Both the position numbers and the translations under genes were made by a program. DNA of 64,000 nt from Pocillopora damicornis (Eukaryota), in assembly GCF_003704095.1 (NCBI RefSeq), contig NW_020845127.1, forward strand, positions 1 to 64,000, read 5' to 3'. Below the pieces are notes generated by a model. That model was not told the DNA's origin, ran no database searches, and worked only from the letters and a program-made list of their open reading frames with translations. Position 1 is the stretch's first letter; each line of letters opens with the position of its first letter. Below are positions 51,301 through 64,000 of this stretch, one piece after another.

Positions 51301-54300
51301 TACTTACAAACTGTAGAAATTCAACAAAAATAAAAATCATTTTAAAGCCAAAGAAATTGAATAACTAAGTCAAGTAAAATATGTTTCACAAAACAATACA
51401 AAAAAAAACATAGTGGAAGCATTGAGCTAAAGGTGATAGCAGATGGTGACAAAATGCAAGTCAAAATTAGAGCAGTTCATTTATACAATAAACACACTTT
51501 TTTTCCAAAGCCAATGGTGTGGCAATGAAGTTAGAACACCAGACTTGTAATCTAGACTTCATACATTCCATTTCTTCACCCTGCCTCTTGCTGGTTTTCC
51601 TCTTAGTTGCCTAGAGTTTAACACAGCTGGGATCCATGCTAGTTTGCATCTATTTAAACTGTTTGTTCCATATTTTGTTCACACTTGTCCTGTAGGCCCC
51701 CTTTAAAGAGGGATGGAGGGGGTTGGGGGGAGATGAGGGATGCCAAACTGTTGGTATTAGAATAGTTTTTTGGTTTTCAAATACATTTAGATTTGGTACA
51801 AAGGCAGTAACTATTGAAAAGGAGAATAGAAAGCTACATGTATCCCTTCATAACCACCCCATCTACTGATCACAGAAGAGGTTCAGTTTAATGGGACTTA
51901 ATAATCCACTTTGAATTCTGGGAGAAGATTAGGAAAGATGTAATCAAACTTTTCTTGTGCTCCGTCCACACCCCATGTAAGGTGTTCAACTGGTAAACCC
52001 ATCAGACAGATATAGATATAACTATAGGATGTATGTTTATGCCAGGATGACTTACATGGGCATTGAAGACCTTGATAGCTAAGAGCAAACCCATTCAGGA
52101 CATTAAGACATCTGTTACAGAAAGCATTTCTGTTGAAGCGTTTTTGACGCCACTAAAAACCAAAAAAAAAAATAAAAGAGTCTGACCTCATTGGGTGCAG
52201 ATATAACTTAAGCATTAAGTGGGGCAAAACATGCGTGGATATTTTGTCTGAAGATACATGTAGTTATTATTGGTTCCAAAAAAAAATTATCTGTTTACAA
52301 AAAAGTTGTTCAGTTGAACACATGGACCTTACATTAATTGTGAGAATTGTTTTAGTCTGTAGAGAGTCACCAGCCAGTTAAGCAAGTTAGTGAAAACTTT
52401 AGACAGTCTTGAGCTCTGTCCTGTTAAGCAAATGCAAGAAATTTCTGCCACCTGAAACTAGTTTTTTAAATTATGTCATTTAATAGCTTGAATCTAGAGT
52501 CATATGGGCCAAAATAATACAAAATGCCAGCAGAAAAGGGTTAAGGTGACTAAAGAACAGATACAAACAGTAACTTAAAGTAAGTTGTTTGCATTCCCAC
52601 CTGATGCTGACCATCATCGAGAATTTGCTGTGGAAAGAAAAGAATACTAATTGACTCACAGGGGCACTGAAGACTGCTGAATGATTTTTCTTATGATTAG
52701 GAATCAAATGACAGAAAGCATGAATTCTGTCAATGTATGTTTTTAAATCACTCAATTTACCATTGAGCTCCATTGTATTGCATGCAAAGAAGTCAAGTTG
52801 ACAGCTAAGAAAGAGGCAGTTTTGAACAGAAAAAAAACCTGAAACATTGGAGACAAGTAAAAATAAACTAGACATAATTTCTCACTGGACTACACTGTTC
52901 AGTGATGGTGAACTTCTGCACCATGTACTTAGAAAACCTGAGTTTTAAAACAAATTAAAGTTATTTCTTAAAAATATCAGTGGAACTTAAGAAAATTAGC
53001 TTCAATGTAGCTCCATGCAATAAGTGACCACAATATAAATGTGGTCATTGTCTACACATTAAAAACTGTCATTTAACCACTCAAAGGGTCACATCAACAG
53101 GTACTCACAGTTTCTAAGCCAAGCAGTACTCTAAGTGGTATTGTGTTACGTCCTCCTCTGATCCACTCATCTAAAGAGATCTGGCCATCAGCATCATCAT
53201 CCAGCTCTACCAACATGTCCTGCAAGATCTAATGTACCCCAGGTATACCAACATGTCACATTGTAGCCAACTTTAATCCATTAAATCCTAGTCATAAGGC
53301 CTCTACACAGCTTTATAACTTAGTTTACATGTTGGAATACATACATCTTTATTGCCAATAAGGAGTATCAAAGAGTTTCCACACAAGCTGATAACAAATA
53401 CTGTTAAGTTATAACATCAAACAACAGTATAGTGTAAGACTAAATGAGATTAGAAAGAAGGTAAAGTTTGTCACTCAGAAATGGAATAAAGAAAGATATT
53501 ACTTTTCTTGTGACAAGCACGGGACAGAGTCCCTGTGAAGAATTGAACCAAGACCTCTGACCCAGGTTGTTTGAAGGGTGGATAATGCTATCCACTGAAT
53601 AAATCTCAATCTAGCACAGTAAGTTTTATTAGTACTTATCTTGTTGATTAGTGTTATCTGCCCTTTGAACAACTGGGGCCAGAATTCCATAATATAACTA
53701 TTTATTTCAAATTCTAAGTCAATCTCGTACAAAATGAATTACAACTATCCCAGCACAATCAACAAGTACACAACTAACCATGAATGATCATTGAGAAAAC
53801 AGTTTTTGTTGAGCTCAAATAAGCTCAATGCAACATTGCCTGATTGCCTGGGTGAGACACATTGGCAGTTTACACCAGTATTAGTTACATGTAAACATGA
53901 TCAAGATTACATGGAAAGGTGGGCTACCTGACCTACAGGTACATTACATCTCTCTACTTCGCATATTCAGGTTGTTACACAAACAGAGAAAGCCAAATAC
54001 TGATTTAAGGAATGTTGTTGCTCAAGAAAACCAAGCCAATCAGATACGAGAAAAAAAAACTATGGGAAGTTGTGTTTATTGTTTAATGGCTTTGTGGTTT
54101 GCTTAAATATCCATATTACAAATGCGATAACTGGTTATTCATTAAAAAAAATAATTGCAAGAATAAATCTGCAGATGTTCACATTTTTCCAAGTTTTAAA
54201 GTAATTCTGATTATTGACTTACATGTGAGTTTACACAATTTAAAAATAACATACTTACTGGTTTGAGTTCTGTGACATCCCAACCAAGATATTGAGCTAC

Positions 54301-57300
54301 ACTCATCATTTGCTGAGTAATGCATTCCAATTCCTTCACCAAATAAAAATGGAAATTTAAGTTATGAGAATTCCCAACAATACTACAGTAAAGTTATCAT
54401 ACCTACACCTAGTCTTACAGAAACAAATTATGTTTTACCAAAACATTTAAACAAATGTTTGTACATAACAAGGAAAACAGCATTAATTCTTGTTTTACTT
54501 GGTTAAATTTCTAACTGTAGAAGTCTTTGTGACGAGTTGCACAACACATGTATTACTTGTGAATTCTTCCGGTGGCTTTTCTTTTTGCATGGATTCTTGA
54601 ATTTCTAATTCCTTGCCTCAAAATTTCAAACAAAGGTTTTTCATATCTGGGTGAGCTAACAATTTTGCTTGGCCAAAAAAAACAACATATATATTACACA
54701 CTAAGAGAAAATCATGCCAAACACTTTCTACAATTCAGCATTCCTTGTCAAAGCATTCAGAGTCACTTACAGAAAGAAAATGTCTACAAGAACCATAACC
54801 AATAACTGAGAATGAGCATTAACAACTCAATTCAGTTAAAAAAATATGGCAAAATGATATGCACCTGGGAATCTAGATACTCATTTCCATCACTGTCATA
54901 CACTCTGAAAACAACTGGAAGACAAGAATCACACTTGACACTTACAATAACATCACTAACATCATACATTAAACTAGCTGCAATAACTTAGAGTGAATTT
55001 CAATTCACAGTAAAATCAGTAAAATGCAAATCAAGCACCTTGGCAGCTGACGATAAGCCCTGTATTACTGTAATACTGTTCAATATGATGTGATAACAAC
55101 ACCTGTTTATGCATCACCTCAGATTTATATGAAACACAATGGTAACATGTAGCTGTAATCCTTATCACCATTGATAATTAATTAAAAGTGACACAACAAA
55201 TCAACTTCATTTCCTGACATTTCCTAGAAACACTGCAGCTGTAACTTAAATTTACAAATCATATAGTTCTGCAGTAATTTCATTTCTACATCTTATAACC
55301 TTACATGTACATCTACAAAAGGAACTTTCAGTACAAGTGCCAAAATATTCACTTGACAGATTGACAGAAATTAAAATGTCACAAATATGGTAAAGCTGGG
55401 AATTGGTACCAGAAATTGGCAAAGAATCAGACAACATACTTGTAACAACAGAGAGATCATAATAAACTACAGGGAGTTTAAGTCTTAAAATTTGTCTTTT
55501 GCAATTTTTTTAAGACAAGATGTTGAGTAAACTATTGGTGGCACACCACCATGATAGATAATTATAATTGACAATAAGAATATCAATTATGACAAAGAAA
55601 CAAAAAACAAACATGACTCGCATACTGCAACTATGAAATAGGACAAATTGTAGAAATTATAAAAGAATGACAAATTAAAGAAACTAACAGCATCAACAAA
55701 AGCAAATCATTCCTCATTCTTTGTAAGATCTAAATAAACTTTAGGATCCCTACCAAGTGAAGAACATGCCCTTATTTACCTGCAGTAACCACATTGGCAA
55801 ATCAGTCTTGGTTACTAATACTTACACTCCAGCTTATCCTCGACTTTTCCACCTTCCAGCATGGAAAGATAACAAGCAATCTCCCTGATAGAAACCATAG
55901 GTACTGTTTTGGCCTGTGCATTGGCATTCAGCAGGTTCACTTGTTCACTTGACATTTTCTTTCTCTGTGAACTTGAGCGGGGGTGGGCAGGAGGGTGTTC
56001 ATTGGCCACTTTAAATGCTGTTGATGGAACAAAATCACAACATGGTTTTGCTGATGTTTAAGACAAAATTTTTCAATACAAGCAAACAGTGAACACCACC
56101 TTAAGAGCACTTGCTCAATACTGCTGATTTGTCATTACAGCCACTCCAGTTACTTTGTAATTTTGCAGCAGTTCTTTTCATTAATCCAACATATTGAGGA
56201 ACATACCCTAACGATAACCTTAAACATTTAACTCCCAGAAGTGACTACCATTTAATGTCTTCCTATAATATCCATAAAGCATCTGGCACACAGGTATTGA
56301 GAATACTCAAACTTATCAGGTTCAAGTTAAGTTGTTATCATGACCTAACCCTAAATTCTCATAACTTATTTACAAGGAAATGTATAGCAGCTAGAACAGA
56401 GAACTAACAATCAAATCTTGGGAGTTAAAAGGTTGACCCTGATGATGCATCTTGAATATAGTTAGCTTACTATGCACTATCTTGAGTTATCCCTGGCCAG
56501 CAAACAAACAAAATACAAGTGAGAGCTATGATAGAACCTTGCTAACTCTACCTCGGTTAAGTTCAACTTTTTATTTGAATAATTAACAACCATTTCCTTC
56601 AAGCATATTTTTCTCCCATTCACTTAAATTTTGTACTACTTTCTCACAGCAGTGTGAAGTAGTGGATAATTCTGACCAAATTCCACACTTTCTCTTTCTT
56701 GTTGAAAACCATTTATCAGGATCAATGATCTATTTAAAGTCAAACATTGTCCAAGTCAACAGGCATTTAGTTGGAAAAATACCTTTCAGAAAAATACTAC
56801 CAGGTAATCCCAGGTTTTGCTGTGTTGTGACATCATTAAGTTTTTGATGAAAGACATTTAATAAAATTGTCTGTCTGTAACAATTTTTTTTCTGAACATA
56901 GGCATAATTAAGGATAGTTTGTTCCTGTGTCAGGAACAAACTATGGCTTTTCCTCCATCTGAGGACACCCATAACACAAATGAGAAACTGGTGGAAAAAA
57001 CTTGTGCAACTTTAAGTCAAATCATTGTATTCAGTTCAGAAACTTCATTAAAGGATCATGAAGATGTTTTTCATTTCAGTATGCAAAGACCACACTGATC
57101 TTCTTTTCAAAATGACCAGCTGTGCTTTCACTCATACTAATGTGTCATTGGCTCAAAGGAGTTTAGGAACAACAAAATTGTAAGCTTCCCCTTTCTTATG
57201 ATTTTTATTTAACTTTCTGGTGTGGAACATCACAACAGCCTCTGCTCAAAGAAAAATGTCAAATTCATTTATTTTTTTCCTTGAGGTTAAAGGTGGATAT

Positions 57301-60300
57301 TTGTTTACAGTGTATGTGCAGTACTGCTTTTTACAAATATGTTGGATAAAAATTTTCTTGGTGGTTGGATGTGAAACAAATGGAGAATATAAATCAGTTG
57401 ATTTCCATTGCTTAAATCAATTTTTCTGGGAAAAAGGAAACAAGGAAACAAGGAAACGTCGCTGCAGTAACTCATTTTGACAGAGGGTTTTTCAATGTTT
57501 AAATAATTAAAACATAAAAAAAAAACAGCAATTACAGACCAAAACTTTATGGTGAGATTACATTTTAACATCAATTAAATTGCAATTTCAGCTTTAAAAG
57601 ATTTTTATATTTTACTTTTCAATTAAGTCACATTGAACAATAATTTAATAGAATTATTTATTTGAGTCTGCTAACACTGTAGCAAAAACATCACAGCACA
57701 ATTTGTCAAGGAAAGTAATCAACCACTGTACACAATTTCAAAAATGAAGCCCAACACCCCCCAATTTGTCTTATCTTTTAATTCTTCCTAGAGTAATTTT
57801 GTATTATTCATTTTTAACTCCATCAGGTTCACAAAAATGGGATAATGTTTAAGGGGTAGCTGTGTAATTCTTTTATTTCTATTTCTCATTATTTGAAAAG
57901 CAAAAATCAGTGTAGCTCAAATAAAATTCTTCCTAAAACACCATACACTCAAATTATCACTGTACAAAACGTAACAGTAATTATTTAGTTACGAGGTACA
58001 ATTATAACTATTTAAATGTTTCCACATATAGGAAAGTTAAGAAACATATCTATTTATTAACACATTCATACAAAAAAAAACCAAAATGCTGATCAATGCT
58101 GTTAAAGAAAATGATGTATTTAAAAAAAAAATCAATTAGCATGAAATTTAAAATGGGTTCAATTTGTGATTACAAGCAGCTGTTAAAATGTAGCTACTAA
58201 CCCATGAACGAGCCACTAGAGTGTCTTCGGAAGTGATGTTTTAAATCAGGTGATTTTCGCCCCCACGTACCAAGCCCTAGAGTGTCTTGAGCAGGCGCTG
58301 GTGACAGTGTGAGGGAAGGTTGTATACTGCCTTTAGAATCATTATTATTAGTTTTAACTGTGGGTGATCCATTAGCTTTAACATTGGACTCAGCAACTTC
58401 ATCATTGGCTTTAGATAGTGTTATTTCAGGTTTATCGCCAACCCCTATTGCAGCTGCTGTGGCAACCAGCGCTGCAGTTCCAGCTCCACTGTGGATACCT
58501 GGAATTTCTGAAACTGAATGTGTAGTTAAAGTTTCAAATGAATTAATGTGAGTTAAGAGTTATTTTGTTGACATAATTATCAAATGTAATTTATAATTCT
58601 TCCAATGTGTCTTAATGTATGCACATATTGTGTAAATTTAAAACAAATTTTATAAAAGGTGATAAAAACAATATTAACAGACATTACTACAGGACGCACA
58701 TAATAAGTTATGATTAATAAGTTTCTTCACACCATAAATGTTATGAAAAAGTAAGGACAAATTTATCAATGGCTGTGATGTACATTAAAACAAGATATTC
58801 TCCCTCTGAAATAAGAGAAGCGATGCTGAACTTCACTTGATGGTGATGTGGAATGAATGTCAAAAATATTAATGATGGTTCATTATTTATTCAACTCTTA
58901 GTTTTGCTTTAGTACCAAAGCCATGATTGAAATTTGAATTGAATTGAACAAATTCTCTTTAATACTCAAGAGAACTTTACTGAGAAAATAAATATGTCAA
59001 CTTTAAATTTCAGTCTCATTTAAGATAAGTCAAATTTTTTACCATTTATCTCCAAAAAGGGCATTAAAAAGTCATCAATGCAAAAAAGGCTAAAATTCAA
59101 TCATTATAATGTCATTTTTTTTCTTGTTGGTGTAACAGACAACTGAGGTGTCACATGTAAGCCCATGTATTGTTGCCTGTGTATTATACAATCTAAAATG
59201 TGTGCGTGAAAATGAACTGTCAACACAAATGTGAGTTTATGTTCAGTGCTTTCAACAAGATTTGAAATTCATTGTAAGTGGCTTCAAATCAGAGGCTTGA
59301 AACATACTGTATTATAGCTTTCACAATAATAATAATATGATTGTGCAATTGAAAATGCATACATGCAATTTGCAAAGGTTTAAATGAAGCCAACAAAATT
59401 GTTGATGTTTTCTTTTATGCCCTAATGTACATCAATATTGTGAACCTAATTCAACAGAGGGTTTTCATGGCAGTAAGGAAAAAGAAAAAGAAAGATCCTG
59501 GATCCTCAAGGTGTCAACTGCCTTTGTGAAATGTGCAGTTGATAGTGCATGTGCAGCTGTAAAAACAAGGGTGGATGTTGCATACTTGCCTCAGACTTCA
59601 GAATTTATTTGTTAGTATACCAGAACACCAGTTATTGAAGCTGCACTCTCATTGGTACAAAAGATGGTGCTTCACATATCTTTTCTAAGTGCACTGTGCA
59701 TTTTTTTAGCTCTAACAAAACCACCAAATACAAGTATGTACACAATCTTCGCAAACAGAAAATATGAATTCACCATCTTATTCATTTCACAAAATTAGCA
59801 CACAACTCTTACTTGACTGGTTGATCACTTTTTCAGAAATCCTCCCCAAAAATACCTGTTCACAAATAAACCTTCACTATTTCTTGGGTACGCAATGGAT
59901 GAAGACTGTCAAATATAAGAATTAGCACACAACTCTTACTTAACAGGCTGATCACTTTTTCTGAAATCCTCCCCAAAAATATCTGTTCATGAATAAACTT
60001 TCACTATTTCTTGGGTATGCAATAGATGAAGACAGTAAAATATAAGAAACTTGAAACAATAAAAAATTTGGTGAGTCTGGAATGGTATCATTCATGATCT
60101 GCTTTCCCATACAAAAGCATGTCATTTAAAGTACATGAGATGGACATCTTGATTATCTCTTAGACAAAGAAGATTTGCAAATCATACTTATGTTTTACTT
60201 ACACTAAGTAAAAACCAGGCAATTCTTAATCTAAGTTTGTTCAACGATTAGAACATGACCTGCAGTGAAAGCCAATGGCAAGAAAGTACTTACGTCTCCT

Positions 60301-62369
60301 GTCATGTTTGTTAAGGTCTTGTTGGGAATTGGATGCAACCACTGATACAGCCACACTATCTATGATAGTTTGTGACAGAGATGGAGACTGCACAGCGACT
60401 TGTTTATGGAATGCCCAAAAGAGATGTTCACATAAATCCTCACTCACATTACTACCAAGATAAGCAGACATAAATAATTTGAATCCCTCATAGTCCATTG
60501 GCTGAAAAACAAAAAACACCAAGAATGAACAGCTGGCACTTAAAAACTTGAGGCTTTAAAAGTTAAAAGTGATCCAAGTAAATTTAAAGATTAATGCTTT
60601 CTTATCAAAATGTTCCTAAGGTCTTAAAATGCCAATATTTCTTTTTTTCTCCTTCCATTTCTTCCTTAATAAAAGAATTTTCTTAAGAAAAATATATGTA
60701 CAATTACTTTGTTCTTAAAATTTGCTGTTCCATGTACATTGTGCATGTATCACTTCAGCCCAGAACATAAACCCTAATGATTGAATTTTGTCACTTTCTC
60801 GTTTTCTAAATTTGTACTTTTTTTGTACTCCACATACCTTAAAGTTTTGTATTTTTGATTGACTTTGAAAATTTACACTATTTCTGATGGAGCACAATTG
60901 TTCTTGCACTGAGGGAACTGTACTGTACAACCTGGTAAATGTCTTCCATGAAAACCATTCAAGCTGATTGATCAGTTCTTAACATTAGCACGTCTTGAAA
61001 TGTTTCACAAGTATAAACTTTTGCAGAGCTTTTACTTGATGGATTATCTTAAATTACTATCAGCAACATTTTTTTAATATGTACATAATCACATTGACTT
61101 TCACTTGTTAGAAGTGATTATTCATTTACTAAACATCTGGGAAAATATTGAAATTACTGGAAGACTGACAAAAATAAGCATAAGGAAGGTTTTCAGTACT
61201 TTTTAACTTTGTTAAACCACACAAGATGTGCAAGTTGTAAACAATCTACAGTGCTTGTCTAAGAAAAGCCATGCGGCCATTGGAGGAGAGTCCATGTAAT
61301 TCTAAAATACTCTTGTGAAAATTACATGCCCAGAAAGAATCACTTCATAAGTACAAAAATTACATTTTCAGATATATGTTTATTGGCAGAAAAATTAAAA
61401 AAGTTAACAATGCAAGTATATTCCCTGTAATGTTAGACTTAAAGTTAGTGTTATTGTATACATTCTGATTCATGAAAAAGCTAACTAGAATGATTTCAAG
61501 TTCTGGCTTTTCTAGCTCAAAATCAATTTGCCTCCATTTTAAATGTTCTCCTAAAGAAGATAGTTGTATTTGTGAGATTCTTCTTCATGTAACACCTTTC
61601 TTAACTCTCAAATTGCCTTTGCTGATAGGAAAAGCCCTGATATTTATTGAAGCTCACAGGAAATAATTGGGGCAAAAAATTTTTCTATAGGACTGTAAGA
61701 TAGTGGACTGTACCAGTAATTACTTTGGAACATACACAACAGTATGTGACCAAAACACCTTATGATTATCTAGCTCACACTCTGCTTCTTGTTGATCATT
61801 ACAAGAAACAATATCTATTTGACACCTATAAGTGTCAATTTAGAAGAAGTCAGTGCCCCAACTCACAGCGTGACATAGACCCTTTGAATTGTTGTTGATA
61901 ATCATGAACCACCAAACTGTATGTGAGTGTTGCTGCCACAAAGTTTTTTAAAGGGTCCATCAGAAAAAAAATTGAATCTGATTAAAAAAAAAAATCACAT
62001 ACCAAATCTCACATGTAAATTTCAAAGGTAGAAAGTAACAATTATTGTGTGCACAATTACACATTTGCAGCTGCATCATTTTTCAAGAAAAAGAAGGTCA
62101 AATGTTGCATGGCTTTAAAGAAACTTTTTTATGAATTCTATCAATAATGACAACCAAAAGTTTTGACATGTTCAAGTACATTCATGTAAAATTATGGTAG
62201 ACTGTCATGTCAAAAGAATTGGAATAATTATTTATGAGGGTTTAAATGTTAAATATTACAGCATGTGGGGAACAAAGTGTATTGACACTTACCTTCTCTG
62301 GGTTATACTGAGGATAAACCCCATCGCGGAACTGTTGAAGAACATCTGTCAATCGACGTGTCTTGGCAT
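42375..62369 (-). CDS. DGKB: Type I diacylglycerol kinase (DGK alpha/beta/gamma family; recoverin-like N-terminus, 2 EF-hands, 2 C1 domains, catalytic and accessory domains); 5' end missing
   Basis: 26 phase-consistent exons (high to low): 62369-62293, 60501-60294, 58513-58271, 56017-55826, 54914-54865, 54333-54259, 53228-53109, 52627-52601, 52152-52056, 51310-51216, 50506-50390, 49896-49795, 49230-49147, 48629-48556, 48198-48124, 47844-47759, 47259-47212, 46246-46205, 45657-45588, 44909-44819, 44715-44651, 44269-44179, 43788-43626, 43463-43343, 43125-43065, 42491-42375. Motifs: [83 protein letters not shown]. The symbol means closest resemblance; the gene is probably co-orthologous to DGKA/B/G. 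Confidence 0.95.
45873..45917 (+). ncRNA. Minimal type I hammerhead ribozyme motif (Penelope-like element terminus)
   Basis: AUUGC-CUGAUGA-G-GACU(AGCAGUAUUGC)AGUC-GAAAC-GUC-GCGAU. Intact core, stem I AUUGC/GCGAU, stem II GACU/AGUC, loop-less palindromic stem III; AATAAA lies ~35 nt downstream. Confidence 0.65.
46335..46702. repeat. Dispersed repeat sharing the ~100-bp terminal hairpin with 28770-29252
   Basis: cgtgattgg start; gtccaattctgtctgtaatc...gattacagaccgaattggac hairpin at 46577-46681. Confidence 0.7.
47068..47195. repeat. Palindromic Penelope-terminus-like repeat with a degenerate hammerhead core
   Basis: Arms gagtttgaaagctgacgtttc / gaaacgtcaactttcaaactc. Internal gct-CTGATAA-agggc-tcac-gctc-GAAAC-GTC, with the core G8 changed to A. 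Confidence 0.6.
47895..48075 (+). mobile_element. Degraded copy of the tRNA/Nin-type SINE
   Basis: ggtctcggttcaagttct...ctctcccaatccaggagtataagtgg...gatggactactctcccatc resembles 17560-17850. Confidence 0.55.
49440..49715 (-). mobile_element. Degraded copy of the tRNA/Nin-type SINE
   Basis: gaagcaactaggagtattgttacttctccttcattggatgttagttcatc...gacacaacacaa aligns by eye with 17630-17790. Confidence 0.55.
50055..50209. repeat. 15-bp minisatellite (ctttcccagcactcc) x ~10
   Basis: Directly visible; it produces the spurious (GKGSA)n ORF 49937-50212. Confidence 0.95.
53558..53682. mobile_element. Short MITE
   Basis: Imperfect TIRs gacccaggttgtttgaagggtggataa / ttatctgccctttgaacaactggggcc. Confidence 0.6.
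56220..56436. mobile_element. MITE, probably piggyBac-type (degenerate TTAA ends)
   Basis: TIR core tttaactccca (~56227) / tgggagttaaa (~56419), with TTAA-like flanks. Confidence 0.6.
59793..60046. repeat. Intronic tandem duplication, 2 x 127 bp
   Basis: aattagcacacaactcttact...gatgaagac.gt.aaatataag at 59793-59919 and 59920-60046, roughly 90% identical by eye. Confidence 0.9.
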
Positions 62370-64000
62370 CTAGAGGTTTTAAAAAATGGTGTTTAATTAA
62401 AGAGGAGACTTGATCAAAAGCTAAATGCAAAATAGAAACAGAACAAACTGTACAATGAATACCACATGGAGATGTCATTTTAAACTGTATTCATTACAAA
62501 TGAAAATCACTCAACAGAAGAAGCAGTATTTATAAATGCATAACATCAAAAAAACACAAATAATTTTCATTAGCAAAACAGCTTTGATTGCAACTGTTTT
62601 TATTTAGTCACCATTTTGGAACATACATTGCAATACTCAGAAATTTCAATCTGTGGATATTCAAATTACTAATGATTCTTTTGTAACAACTAGGAATGAA
62701 TAATGCTTCAGAATGTTTGTTCCCAGAATGAGTTACATGAGTTACATGTAACATCTGACATTTATAAAATGTCTCCCATTAAAATCATAACACATTTATC
62801 ATAACAAAAATCATTAACACACATTATACTTTTGTCTAAAAGCTTTACAAGAACTAAATATCAAACCTTTCCGAGAAATTTCTCAATTTATGAAAAAGCC
62901 ATGCTACCGTAATTGCAAAAAAGAGTCTAATTGTCTTTAAGAGGAAACAAAAAGGCTTGATAAAGTTTACTTGGTTGCTATTGGCTGACACATTCTCCAG
63001 AACAGTAGGGAATCATTAATACAACCAACCACATTTATAGATGTAAAACATGAAATAATGAAGCATATATTAAAATTCATCAATTAAGCACCTAGCCGAG
63101 AATTGTACATGACGTGTATATTTAGAAAGTTAGTGAAATAAGCGAAAGAACATGTCGTCTCTAGATAAAAATTCTCACATTCATTCACTAATGCTGGTAA
63201 CACAAAATTTACAACAACATTTAATCCCATATTTATAGAGTAACAGACTAACATGCATTGTGCTTGGTTTTATAAGCATAGGCCTGATATAACACAACTA
63301 CACAGCAGTTTAATAAACAACTACAGGTAATTCAAAGGGTGTTGACTTGAATATTGAAGACTACTTAATGCCACAGTTGATAGAAAACTTAACAGCAATT
63401 TGAAGAAAACTTTCAAGAATCATCAACCATAATAATTTACAAATTTGAGGATGGCTTCCCAAAAATTTATTGAGACAAAATTTTGATAATGTTTTCAAAT
63501 GTCCTTGCCATTCATATTGAGTGAAAAGAGTGATATTTTGTTTGTCAACCCGTGTTTGTATGCCAAAAGCTATAAATATTTTATGACAACACTTAGACAT
63601 TTCTTTGGATAATATTAAACACTGGTGGGTGTAACTGGAAAATTCAAGAAATATAATTGCTTGAAAATCTAAAATTTTAAAAAATCTTACCACAAAAAGA
63701 AAAGATATTCTAGCAGTTTATTTTGAATGAATATAGTCAAACATTCTGAGTGAGTATATATCACAAAGAAACGCAACCTAGCTCTTATCTTCCCTAAACG
63801 AGAAGGAGATATAAACGCGTGTATTTGAACAAGTCAACCTTTCCTTGTAACCACAAATCAGAAGGGAAGATTAAAAATCAACTCAAAAGTTTTCGTTTTA
63901 GCTCCCGGATATAAAAGATTCGAAAGAAACCGCCAACAAGTCGTGGACATAATGTGTCGCCATAAACTGTTCATTTAAATTGCGTCAGGAACATTTAAAT

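Noticed and set aside
62627-63963. Candidates for DGK coding exon 1 (24-bp segment at ~62627-62650; ATGs at 63950 and 63963)
   Set aside because: They have the wrong phase or in-frame stops, and lack the LSP.EF.QLQ.Y-like motif; exon 1 is probably outside the window.

Overview
AT-rich, intron-containing animal genomic DNA. The repeat complement resembles that of stony corals/anthozoans; this is an inference, not verified. There are three protein-coding genes. (1) A + strand ionotropic glutamate receptor (iGluR) subunit, 14 exons reconstructed at 15019-28054, with a very unusual basic pore loop (WKAYVRRSAE where AMPA receptors have LGAFMQQGCD) and a non-glutamate-type ligand pocket. (2) A + strand two-exon, ~1421-aa orphan membrane protein (32561-38286): signal peptide, a long GGA/FxxN parallel beta-helix ectodomain, a Cys-rich stalk and a ~9-10-TM domain resembling the fungal/protist TRP-like (Pkd2/Flc) module. 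(3) A - strand type I diacylglycerol kinase (26 exons, 42375-62369; first exon not found, probably beyond the window). The first ~9.5 kb is mostly decayed transposons: an ISL2EU-like deletion derivative nested in an L2 LINE, plus BEL/Pao and Harbinger fragments. Introns and intergenic DNA carry a Kolobok-like element with a THAP relic and a P2X7-ballast-like relic, a solo LTR inside a 47-bp satellite, tRNA-derived SINEs, MITEs, two Penelope-type minimal hammerhead motifs and a G-quadruplex-type minisatellite. All exon models were built by hand from splice signals, reading phase and remembered protein motifs; no database searches were run.
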